Of a stretch of DNA of 64,000 bases, positions 37,328 to 45,826 are shown one piece after another. The notes below the pieces were generated by a model, which saw nothing but the letters and a program-made list of their open reading frames with translations, did no database searches and was not told the origin of the DNA. Made by a program: the position numbers and the translations under genes. The stretch comes from Verrucomicrobiia bacterium (GTDB taxonomy: Bacteria > Verrucomicrobiota > Verrucomicrobiia > Limisphaerales > DASXHY01). Each line of letters starts with the position of its first letter. The first letter of the stretch is position 1. Location: assembly GCA_035552155.1 (NCBI GenBank), contig DASZLX010000022.1, positions 2,514-66,513 on the forward strand, given 5' to 3'.

Positions 37328-39043
37328 ATGTCCCATAAAATGAAACGCCGGCATTACGCCGATATGTTCGGGCCGACAACGGGCGATAAAGTCCGCCTCG
37401 GCGATACGTCGCTGATTCTCGAAGTGGAAAAGGATTTCACCGTTTATGGCGATGAATGCAAATTCGGCGGCGGCAAGGTTATTCGCGAAGGCATGGGGCA
37501 GGCCGCTGGCGTCGGCGACAAAGACGCGCTCGACTGCGTCATCACGAACGCGTTAGTCGTTGATTGGAGCGGCATTTACAAGGCCGATATCGGCATCAAA
37601 AACGGCCTCATCAGCGGTATCGGCAAAGCCGGAAATCCCGATGTCATGGCTCGCGTGACCAAAAACATGATTATCGGTGTCACCACCGAAGTCATTGCGG
37701 GTGAGGGATTGATTCTGACCGCGGGCGGACTCGATACACATATTCATTTCATTTGTCCGCAACAGGCGCACGAAGCAATCGCCGCCGGCCTGACTACCAT
37801 GGTTGGCGGCGGCACCGGTCCTGCAGTCGGAACCTGCGCGACTACTTGCACGCCCGGTTCATTCAACATGCGCATGATGCTCCGCGCCGTGGATGATTTG
37901 CCGCTCAATTTCGGATTCACCGGCAAGGGAAATACCGCCATGCCCGCCGGGTTGCTCGAACAAATCCAGGCCGGGGCTATCGGTCTGAAACTCCACGAAG
38001 ATTGGGGCACCACCCCAGCTGCCATTGACTGCTGCCTTGGCATCGCCGACGAAACCGACACGCAAGTCACGATTCACACCGATACTTTGAACGAGTCCAC
38101 TTTCGTCGAGGGCACCATTGCCGCGTTCAAAGGCCGCACGATTCACACGTATCATTCGGAAGGCGCGGGCGGCGGACACGCGCCGGATATCATCCGCATT
38201 TGCGGCGAAGCGAATGTTCTCCCGAGCTCCACCAATCCCACGCGTCCGTATACCGTCAACACCATCGACGAACATCTCGATATGTTGATGGTCTGTCATC
38301 ATCTCGACCCGAATTTGCCGGAGGATGTGGCGTTTGCCGAAAGCCGCATCCGGGGTGAGACCATTGCTGCCGAGGACATCCTGCACGATCTCGGCGCCAT
38401 CAGCATGATGAGTTCGGATTCGCAAGCCATGGGACGCATCGGCGAAGTCATTACGCGCTCGTGGCAAACCGCCGATAAGATGAAAAAGCAGCGCGGCCGT
38501 TTGCCCGGCGAAAAAGGTGACAACGATAATCTCCGCATCAAACGTTACCTCTCGAAATACACCATCAACCCTGCGCTTGCGCACGGAATGGGACATCTCA
38601 TCGGCTCAATCGAAGTCGGCAAACTCGCGGACCTCGTGTTGTGGAAGCCCGCGTTTTTCGGCGCCAAGCCGGAGATGGTCATCAAAGGCGGCGTCATTGC
38701 CTGGGCGCAAATGGGCGACCCCAACGCCAGCATTCCAACACCGCAACCGGTTTTCATGCGCCCGATGTTCGGCAGCTTCGGCAAAGCGACCGGCCCGTGC
38801 TCCGTCGCCTTCGTAAGCCAGCTTTGCAAAAGCAAAAACATTGCAAAAAATTACGGCCTCACCAAACGCATCGCGGCCGTGAAGGGCTGCCGCAAAATGA
38901 CCAAGCGCGATTTAAAATGGAACAACGCGCTCCCGAAGATAACCGTAGATCCAGAGACCTACGAAGTTCGTGCCGATGGCGAATTGCTGACGTGCGAACC
39001 GGCGAAACTGCTGCCACTCGCGCAACGCTACTACCTTTTCTGA
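37328..39043 (+). CDS. ureC: Urease alpha subunit
   Basis: 571 aa. Canonical motifs: [51 protein letters not shown] and MVCHHL. Confidence 0.95.
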   Translation: MSHKMKRRHYADMFGPTTGDKVRLGDTSLILEVEKDFTVYGDECKFGGGKVIREGMGQAAGVGDKDALDCVITNALVVDWSGIYKADIGIKNGLISGIGKAGNPDVMARVTKNMIIGVTTEVIAGEGLILTAGGLDTHIHFICPQQAHEAIAAGLTTMVGGGTGPAVGTCATTCTPGSFNMRMMLRAVDDLPLNFGFTGKGNTAMPAGLLEQIQAGAIGLKLHEDWGTTPAAIDCCLGIADETDTQVTIHTDTLNESTFVEGTIAAFKGRTIHTYHSEGAGGGHAPDIIRICGEANVLPSSTNPTRPYTVNTIDEHLDMLMVCHHLDPNLPEDVAFAESRIRGETIAAEDILHDLGAISMMSSDSQAMGRIGEVITRSWQTADKMKKQRGRLPGEKGDNDNLRIKRYLSKYTINPALAHGMGHLIGSIEVGKLADLVLWKPAFFGAKPEMVIKGGVIAWAQMGDPNASIPTPQPVFMRPMFGSFGKATGPCSVAFVSQLCKSKNIAKNYGLTKRIAAVKGCRKMTKRDLKWNNALPKITVDPETYEVRADGELLTCEPAKLLPLAQRYYLF

Positions 39044-39052
39044 CGGTGAGAA

Positions 39053-39144
39053 CGAATGGTAACATGCCGAATGCCGAATGCCGAATGGCGGATGATACCA
39101 CCCACCGGGTCGATTCTCCATTCGTCATTCGTCATTCGTCATTC
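39053..39144 (+). repeat. Inverted pair of heptanucleotide tandem repeats: (ATGCCGA)x3 and (TCATTCG)x3
   Basis: 39064-39088 can pair with 39118-39142. That gives 7 perfect bp, then 6 of 7 per unit, with a 29-nt loop. The 5' arm contains ATGs at 39064, 39071, 39078, 39085 and 39092. Confidence 0.7.
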
Positions 39145-39783
39145 AATCAATGGCTCCTGTGGCAACTCGTCGATTCCGCGTTTCCAGCCGGCGGCTTCGC
39201 TCATTCCGCGGGGCTCGAAGCCGCATGGCAACATGGCGAGGTAAAAAATCGCGGCGATCTGATTTCCTGTGTCGAAGCCGGTCTTCATCAACTCGGCCAC
39301 ACCGCGCTGCCATTCGTGAACGCCGCACATAGGGAGCCTGAGCGGTTGGAGGAATTGGATCATCTCTGCAATGCGTTCACGACCAATCACGTGGCGAATC
39401 GTGCCAGCCGCGCGCAAGGTAAAGCTTTTTTGACAGCGGCGCAGCGCGTCTTTGCCGCTGGCCGCCAACATCCGGCTTTGCCGTTTCATCATTTCCCGTG
39501 TGCTTTCGGGGCCGCCTTGAGATGGCTCGATGCTCCGAAAGAGACAACAATGCGCCTGTTTTTCTTCAACCATCTTCGCGGCATGATGGCCGCAGCCGTT
39601 CGCTTGAATATCGTCGGCCCCATGGAAGCGCAGACCATTCAACACCACCTGGCCTCAACTGCCGAACACGTTTTGAAACAATGCGCTTCACTCACGCTCG
39701 ACGATATCGCCCAGACCTCGCCACTGCTGGATTTATGGCAAGGCGCGCAGGACCGGCTTTACTCGCGGCTCTTCCAAAGTTGA
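39064..39783 (+). CDS. ureF: Urease accessory protein UreF
   Basis: LLWQLVDSAFPAGGFAHSAGLE UreF signature. In-frame starts lie at 39064 or 39085. The longer ORF-track version overlaps ureC and is rejected. Confidence 0.85.
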   Translation: MPNAECRMADDTTHRVDSPFVIRHSSFNQWLLWQLVDSAFPAGGFAHSAGLEAAWQHGEVKNRGDLISCVEAGLHQLGHTALPFVNAAHREPERLEELDHLCNAFTTNHVANRASRAQGKAFLTAAQRVFAAGRQHPALPFHHFPCAFGAALRWLDAPKETTMRLFFFNHLRGMMAAAVRLNIVGPMEAQTIQHHLASTAEHVLKQCASLTLDDIAQTSPLLDLWQGAQDRLYSRLFQS

Positions 39784-39786
39784 TTT

Positions 39787-40515
39787 ATGAGACTGCTCCT
39801 TCACTTTCATTCCCACGGCGGAAATGGCCATTCGCATCCGGACACTCCCGGCCATTTCCACGATCGCGACCTTCCTCACGACCGCGATTTCAATCAGCGC
39901 GCGTTCACTGTGGGAGTCGGTGGCCCAGTCGGCAGCGGCAAGACGGCATTGATGCTTCAATTGTGCAAACGTCTGCGCGAAACCCGGAGCATCGCCGCTG
40001 TCACCAATGATATTTTTACAAAGGAAGACGGCGAGTTTTTAACCAGGCATCAAGCGCTCGAAGCCGATCGCATCCGCGCTGTTGAAACCGGCGGCTGCCC
40101 GCACGCCGCCATTCGCGAGGACATTTCCTCAAACCTCCTTGCGCTGGAGGAGTTGCATCAAAAATTTCATCCCGACATTCTTCTCATCGAATCCGGCGGT
40201 GACAATCTGGCTGCCTGCTTCAGCCGTGAACTGGCCGATTACACCATCCAGGTGATCGACGTCGCCGGCGGTGATAAAATCCCCCGCAAAGGCGGCCCGG
40301 GAATTACTCAAACCGATTTGTTGGTGATCAATAAAACCGATCTCGCCCAGGCCGTGGGCGCGGATTTAAAAGTAATGGAGCGCGACACAAAAAAAATGCG
40401 CGGCGACGGACCGTTTGTTTTCGCGCAGGTCAAGCACGGCGTCGGCGTGGATGAAATCGTGCAGCAGATTCTTCATCAATGGCAGCATGCGCGCGGCATA
40501 GGACACAAGCATTGA
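39787..40515 (+). CDS. ureG: Urease accessory GTPase UreG with a His-rich N-terminus
   Basis: P-loop [11 protein letters not shown] and the conserved VETGGCPH and ESGGDNL motifs. There are 8 His in the first 31 residues (counted). Confidence 0.95.
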   Translation: MRLLLHFHSHGGNGHSHPDTPGHFHDRDLPHDRDFNQRAFTVGVGGPVGSGKTALMLQLCKRLRETRSIAAVTNDIFTKEDGEFLTRHQALEADRIRAVETGGCPHAAIREDISSNLLALEELHQKFHPDILLIESGGDNLAACFSRELADYTIQVIDVAGGDKIPRKGGPGITQTDLLVINKTDLAQAVGADLKVMERDTKKMRGDGPFVFAQVKHGVGVDEIVQQILHQWQHARGIGHKH

Positions 40516-40530
40516 AAGTAGCGTAAGCCC

Positions 40531-40549
40531 GGCCGGTCAACGGCCTTTT
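40531..40549 (+). terminator. Weak intrinsic terminator candidate after ureG
   Basis: GGCCG-gtcaa-CGGCC followed by TTTT, 16 nt after the ureG stop. The stem is short. Confidence 0.3.
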
Positions 40550-40725
40550 GCCCGCTGCGTGAACGCGAATCAGCACCTGCAAGTGCCAGGTTCCACGACT
40601 CTCCAAAACCACCAAAGGCAAAACAATCACTGCCGATAAAACCGGGGTGGGAAGTGTTCGCAATGGACAAACGAAACCACCCACCCCGTGATCGCTGGAG
40701 GAACAGACGATCAGATCGGGCCAGT

Positions 40726-41946
40726 TTAGAACTGGTATATGATGTTAAGAGCGACCGAAACGGCATTCTTGTTCGACGGTTCGCCGACTACCGTGCCGCC
40801 AAATGGCCGGTCGCCGGTTAGAGAATGATCCCATCGGAATTCGCCGCGGGTAATCACGTTTTTCCAAAGCGAATAGCCCACGGTCAATGTTTCCGAGATC
40901 AGTTGATCGCCGTGTCCGTTGGAAACCAGTCCGTCAAACACACCGGCGCTGCCGGTCGCGTAGTCAATGCGATTCGCGAAGGTCCACTTGTCCATGGTGT
41001 ACATCACATACAGCGCCGTCGCGTTGGCGTAGTCGCTCTTGCTGGTTTGGCCGTATGTATAATCATAGGCTGCGCCCAATGACAATCCGGTCACAGGCAA
41101 TGGAAGGGTGCCGCCGACGTAAATATTACCTTGGTTAAAGCGCGTGCCGCCCGCCGGAACGCCGGTCGAGGCAATGGTCGTCGCGTCCAGCTGATGATCG
41201 CCGACGGTGTATCCAGCGGATAACGTCGCGCCTTTAGCGAATCCAAAACTTTCCGGTGCGGTGAATGTGGCCATCGCCAGATAGGCTTTTTTGGATTCGA
41301 TGGATTGCCGCGCGTTCACTTCGTTATTGAATCCCGCCGCGTTGCCAATGCCGGCCATCAGACTGACTTCATCGTTAACCTTATAATTTGCGGAAATGCC
41401 CGTGTGCGCCGAAGACTCAATGAAGAATCCGTATGAACGGCTCCAGTTTGGATCCTTGTAGGTATCGTACGCCTCGTAGCCATTGTAGGTGCCGAATTGG
41501 CCGACATGAAGCTCAATGCCATTGCCCACCGGCACACGCAGGTTAATGTAGGCTTCATTGAAGGAAAAATCCGTTCCAATGGGTCCCCCGCTGCCGGCAG
41601 TCGCGATGCCGGTTCCACGTTTGGCCGCGCCAGGTCCCATCAACATTTGCACGTGATAGCCTGCTGACCAGCCGCTCGTATCCAGCGGCTTGTCGAGCGT
41701 GAGGCTCACCACGTTCAAATTAAACCCATCCTGCACGTCCGAGCCGTCATAGGTGCGTCCGGGCATGTTGGCATCGCCGGTGCCGAATTTCCAAACGGCG
41801 GTGGTATCGACGTAGCCACTGAGAGTTGTTGACGAGAGCGCGGTCAAAACGGTGCTGGGCGCGGGCGCGTCATCCGCAAGCATTACCGCTGGGAGACTGA
41901 CAAGACCGGCACTCAACAGCATTTTGGTCCACTTACTTATTTTCAT
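40726..41946 (-). CDS. Outer-membrane beta-barrel porin
   Basis: Signal peptide MKISKWTKMLLSAGLVSLPAVMLA, alternating beta-strand pattern rich in G/Y/T, and a C-terminal ...ALNIIYQF with terminal Phe. The start at 41946 is preferred. Confidence 0.7.
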   Translation of the reverse strand: MKISKWTKMLLSAGLVSLPAVMLADDAPAPSTVLTALSSTTLSGYVDTTAVWKFGTGDANMPGRTYDGSDVQDGFNLNVVSLTLDKPLDTSGWSAGYHVQMLMGPGAAKRGTGIATAGSGGPIGTDFSFNEAYINLRVPVGNGIELHVGQFGTYNGYEAYDTYKDPNWSRSYGFFIESSAHTGISANYKVNDEVSLMAGIGNAAGFNNEVNARQSIESKKAYLAMATFTAPESFGFAKGATLSAGYTVGDHQLDATTIASTGVPAGGTRFNQGNIYVGGTLPLPVTGLSLGAAYDYTYGQTSKSDYANATALYVMYTMDKWTFANRIDYATGSAGVFDGLVSNGHGDQLISETLTVGYSLWKNVITRGEFRWDHSLTGDRPFGGTVVGEPSNKNAVSVALNIIYQF

Positions 41947-42011
41947 AATGTGTTTTATAGGTTTCACTTTTGGGTCGTACGCCTTTGTGCGCACTTTGGT
42001 TCAGGAGCGCC

Positions 42012-42028
42012 AAGCAGAAACGGTGCCT
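42012..42028 (-). promoter_or_regulatory. Sigma-54-type -24/-12 promoter candidate (AGGCAC-N5-CTGCT) upstream of the porin gene
   Basis: The reverse complement AGGCACCGTTTCTGCTT has GG-N10-GC spacing. It lies about 66 nt upstream of the porin ATG. Confidence 0.4.
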
Positions 42029-42517
42029 CGCCGCAAAGTTGCCTGCGTCTTTGTGAGCCCCCGCGGTGCTGTGAATTTCATCTGAATGTTTTTCGAAACC
42101 CGTTCTTCACGTGTTCAATTTGAGTGCGTGAAACTTTTTAATTTGGATACTGAAATAAAATCAGCGCCGCACAAATCGCGGCCGGATCCGCAAAACATTT
42201 TTTCACGCGCACGATCGATATAGGGCGATTTGCCCATTTGTTTGCAGTGCTTTTGCCGGCATTGCAATTTTTTAAAATGTTCGCCCATCGCAACCGCGTG
42301 CCGCGAAAATTTTACGGTTCGGACAAAACTTTTTCGTCCGTACAAATTCGTTTGCGACGTCTCAGTAACGAGCGGGAAATTTTTTGGCTTCTTCTGTTCA
42401 TCATTTTACCGCGTGCGCAATTTTCCACTGCCGGCGTAGCGCATAAAAAATCCGTTTCAGAAAACTTCCTTGCGGAATTCGTTGAATAAACGCCTCCCGG
42501 CGGAAAAGTTTTTCGTG

Positions 42518-42533
42518 TGGCACATCGGGTGCT
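42518..42533 (+). promoter_or_regulatory. Sigma-54-type -24/-12 promoter candidate (TGGCAC-N5-GTGCT) upstream of urtA
   Basis: Exact GG-N10-GC spacing, about 110 nt upstream of the urtA ATG at 42642. Confidence 0.5.
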
Positions 42534-42641
42534 GAAATGCCGGCGTCAACATGGCCGCATGCATGGCGGCGTGTCGCGACAAAGAATCGAACCATCAGGC
42601 AGAAGAAAACCGAAACTGAACCCACACTCGATATAACCGAT

Positions 42642-43937
42642 ATGAAAAAGACGCTGTCCTTCCTAAAAAAACCATTTCTCGCGTTCAGCCTCGCGGCCGC
42701 GCTGGCCGCTTCCAGCTACGCGGCCGACACAATCAAGGTCGGCATCCTGCATTCGCTCAGCGGCACCATGGCCATCAGTGAAACCTCTTTGCGCGACGTG
42801 TTGCTCTTCACGTTCGACGAGATCAACAAGGCCGGCGGCATCAAAGTGGGCGACAAGAGTTATATGATCGAGCCGGTGGTGGTGGACGGCGCTTCCAACT
42901 GGCCGCTCTTTGCGGAAAAAGCCAAACAACTGCTCGAGGAGGACAAGGTCGCGGTGGTCTTTGGCTGCTGGACCTCGGTGAGCCGCAAGTCGGTGCTGCC
43001 GGTTTTTGAAAAGGACAACGGGCTGCTCTTCTACCCGGTGCAATATGAAGGTGAGGAGCTATCCAAGAACATCTTCTATACCGCCGAAGCTGTGAACCAG
43101 CAGGCGACGCCCGCCGTGGATTATCTGCTCGCCCAGGGTAAAAAGAAATTCTACCTCATCGGCACGGACTACGTGTATCCACAGACCACCAATTTGATCC
43201 TCTACAAATATCTGCTCCTGCACGGCATCAAGATGGAGGACATCGGTGGCGGCTTCCGCAAAGATGATACCGGCAAGGTTATTTCCGCTGGCAAGTATAC
43301 GCCATTCGGCCACACTGATTATCAGCAGATCGTGGCGGAGATTAAGCAGTTTGCGGCCAGCGGTGACGCTTGCGTGCTCAACACCATCAATGGCGATTCC
43401 AACGTGCCTTTCTTCAAGGAAATCGCCGCGGCAGGTTTGACGGCTTCGGATTGTCCGGTGGTTTCCTTCAGCCTCGCGGAAGATGAACTTCGCTCGCTGC
43501 CGACCAAGGACCTCGTGGGTGAGCTCGGTTGCTGGAAGTATTTCATGTCGATCAATTCGCCGGAGAACAAGACGTTCCTGAAAAACTGGAATAGCTGGCT
43601 GAAGGACGAAAGCTATCCCGGCGTCGTGAAGGAAAAACGCGCGGTGGACAGCCCGATGGTCCTTTCCTACGACGGCGTTTACTTGTGGAAAGAAGCTGTT
43701 GAAAAAGCCGGCACTTTTGATGTGGACCAGGTCCGCACCGCCCTCGAGTCCGGCGAAATCAGTTTTGAAGGACCCGGCGGAAAAACCACCATGCAGAAAA
43801 ATCATCATACGATCAGCAACGTTTACATCGGCGAAACCCGCGCCAATGGCCAGTTCAAGATTCTCAAGGAATTCAACAACGTGGCCGGCGAACCTTTCAT
43901 CCTGAAGGGGCTTGACGATAAACTGGCGGCGAAATGA
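42642..43937 (+). CDS. urtA: Urea ABC transporter substrate-binding protein UrtA
   Basis: Signal peptide, then [17 protein letters not shown] and [17 protein letters not shown], which are typical of UrtA. Confidence 0.9.
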   Translation: MKKTLSFLKKPFLAFSLAAALAASSYAADTIKVGILHSLSGTMAISETSLRDVLLFTFDEINKAGGIKVGDKSYMIEPVVVDGASNWPLFAEKAKQLLEEDKVAVVFGCWTSVSRKSVLPVFEKDNGLLFYPVQYEGEELSKNIFYTAEAVNQQATPAVDYLLAQGKKKFYLIGTDYVYPQTTNLILYKYLLLHGIKMEDIGGGFRKDDTGKVISAGKYTPFGHTDYQQIVAEIKQFAASGDACVLNTINGDSNVPFFKEIAAAGLTASDCPVVSFSLAEDELRSLPTKDLVGELGCWKYFMSINSPENKTFLKNWNSWLKDESYPGVVKEKRAVDSPMVLSYDGVYLWKEAVEKAGTFDVDQVRTALESGEISFEGPGGKTTMQKNHHTISNVYIGETRANGQFKILKEFNNVAGEPFILKGLDDKLAAK

Positions 43938-43992
43938 GGACGCCCGTGATTTGGAGGTGTTGAAGGGAAATTAGAGGGATGCAGAAAAAGGG

Positions 43993-45825
43993 GTGGAGTT
44001 GGGGGACTCCACCCCTTTGTTTTCAAATATGAATCGTGCATTGAAATGGACCAATGGCCCGAGCAGGAGAGCCGCGTTGCAAAAACGCGGATTGACGTGG
44101 GCTGTTCTGTTCGCGCTTTTGTTTTGCCGTTCGGTTTCCGCTGCTCCCGCGCCCGTTGATGATGTCGCGGTCCGCGAGCAATTGGTTAAAACCCTCTTGA
44201 GCGAAGGCGAGGAGCAACAGACCAATCTTAACGCGCTTGCCGATACTGGCTCTCGGCTTGTCCGCGACGTGCTCACCGCGTGGACGCGCGATGGCGTTTA
44301 TGTTTATGAAGCGCCAGACAAAACCAAAATTCCTGTCCTGCTCGAGGAGCAGACTGATGCCGACGGAAAGGCCCGCGCCATTCGCATTGCTGACGGGCAA
44401 TTTTTGAAGGACGACAAGGGGAAGGAGTTGCGTTTCGCCAACATGGATCTGAATACCGCCGATACGGATATGCGATTGCGCGGCGCCATTCAACAGACGC
44501 TTAATGCATTGGCGCTTTCCGACCCAAACCCGGATGCGCGGCGTTCTGCAATTTTGAAATTAGGCAATTCGGGCAAGGAGAAAAATATCGCGCTGCTGCA
44601 GGGGCGATTGGAAAAAGAGACCGACGCGGAAGTTAAGAAATCGCTGAACGAGGCGATTGCGTTGCTGAATCTCGGCAGTTCCGATAGCAGTGTGCAGATT
44701 TCGGCCATCAAAAAGCTGGCTGCGCTGAATGCCATAGGAAGCCTCGATAATCTTAAGCGACTGGCCGCCGACGCGAAGACTGCGCCCTCGGTGCTCAAAG
44801 AAACGAAACTGGCGATTTCCTCCATTGAACAGCACATTCAATGGGTCAATTTCTTTGGCACCATTTTTCGCGGGCTAAGCCTCGGGTCCATTCTCCTCGT
44901 GGTTGCTCTTGGCCTCGCCATTACATTCGGCCTGATGGGCGTCATCAACATGGCCCACGGCGAAATGATCGCAGTAGGAGCCTACACCTGTTACGTCGTG
45001 CAGAATATTTTTGGCACGGGTTTCGGCTTCACCATCAATCTCCCGTTCACCTTCTTCGGCCATCATTTGGGCTTCGGCATGCATATTCCCGGTTTGAACG
45101 CCACCGGCTGGTTTTGTGAGAGTTATTTTCTGTTCGCACTGCCGCTCAGTTTTCTTACAGCGGCCCTGGCAGGCCTGATCATCGAGCGCAGCGTGATTCG
45201 TTTTCTGTATCGCCGCCCCCTGGAGTCCCTACTGGCCACCTGGGGCATCTCGCTCATCATGCAGCAATGCTTCCGCATGGTGTTTGGCGCGAACAATGTT
45301 CAGGTCAATTCACCTTCCTGGCTGCAGGGCCATTTTTCGCTGAGCGACGTTCTCTTTGGATACAATCGTGTTTTCGTCATCGGATTCGCGATCGTGATTG
45401 TCATCGGCACATGGATGTTACTGACGAAAACTCCGCTGGGCCTGCTCATTCGCGCAGTAATGCAAAACCGCAACATGGCCTCGTGCGTTGGCGTGCGCAC
45501 CGATCGTGTGAACATGATGACATTCGCGTTCGGTTCCGGGCTGGCGGGTTTGGCCGGTTCGTTCCTGTCGCAAATCGGCAATGTCGGCCCAAGCATGGGG
45601 CAGGACCATATAGTGAATGCCTTCATGACGGTCGTGGTCGGCGGCGTGGGCAGCATCGTCGGCACGGTTTACTCCGCAATAGGCGTCGGCACCGGTGACC
45701 AGGTCTTGCAACAAACCACCGGCTCACCCGTGGCGGGAAAAATTGTGATGCTCGTCTTGATCATTCTCTTTTTGCAATGGAAACCCGGCGGCTTGTTCGC
45801 CATCCGTTCACGGAATCTCGATTAA
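43993..45825 (+). CDS. urtB: Urea ABC transporter permease UrtB with an N-terminal extension of about 290 aa (signal peptide plus HEAT-like repeats)
   Basis: The C-terminal half is a branched-chain-type permease (INMAHGEMIAVGAY). The N-terminal half contains DPNPDARRSAILKLGNSG...EVKKSLNEAIALL repeats. An alternative start lies at 44029. Confidence 0.85.
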   Translation: MELGDSTPLFSNMNRALKWTNGPSRRAALQKRGLTWAVLFALLFCRSVSAAPAPVDDVAVREQLVKTLLSEGEEQQTNLNALADTGSRLVRDVLTAWTRDGVYVYEAPDKTKIPVLLEEQTDADGKARAIRIADGQFLKDDKGKELRFANMDLNTADTDMRLRGAIQQTLNALALSDPNPDARRSAILKLGNSGKEKNIALLQGRLEKETDAEVKKSLNEAIALLNLGSSDSSVQISAIKKLAALNAIGSLDNLKRLAADAKTAPSVLKETKLAISSIEQHIQWVNFFGTIFRGLSLGSILLVVALGLAITFGLMGVINMAHGEMIAVGAYTCYVVQNIFGTGFGFTINLPFTFFGHHLGFGMHIPGLNATGWFCESYFLFALPLSFLTAALAGLIIERSVIRFLYRRPLESLLATWGISLIMQQCFRMVFGANNVQVNSPSWLQGHFSLSDVLFGYNRVFVIGFAIVIVIGTWMLLTKTPLGLLIRAVMQNRNMASCVGVRTDRVNMMTFAFGSGLAGLAGSFLSQIGNVGPSMGQDHIVNAFMTVVVGGVGSIVGTVYSAIGVGTGDQVLQQTTGSPVAGKIVMLVLIILFLQWKPGGLFAIRSRNLD

Positions 45826-45826
45826 C

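Noticed and set aside
38641-39063. Upstream 141 codons of the ORF-track ureF ORF
   Set aside because: This part overlaps the 3' end of ureC in another frame and has no UreF similarity. UreF homology begins just after 39085, so the start was moved to 39064 or 39085.
40643-40688. CGGGGTGGG ... CCCACCCCG inverted repeat between the convergent ureG and porin genes, considered as a bidirectional terminator
   Set aside because: The 9-bp stem is separated by a 28-nt loop and has no flanking T- or A-tract. That is too weak to call as a feature.
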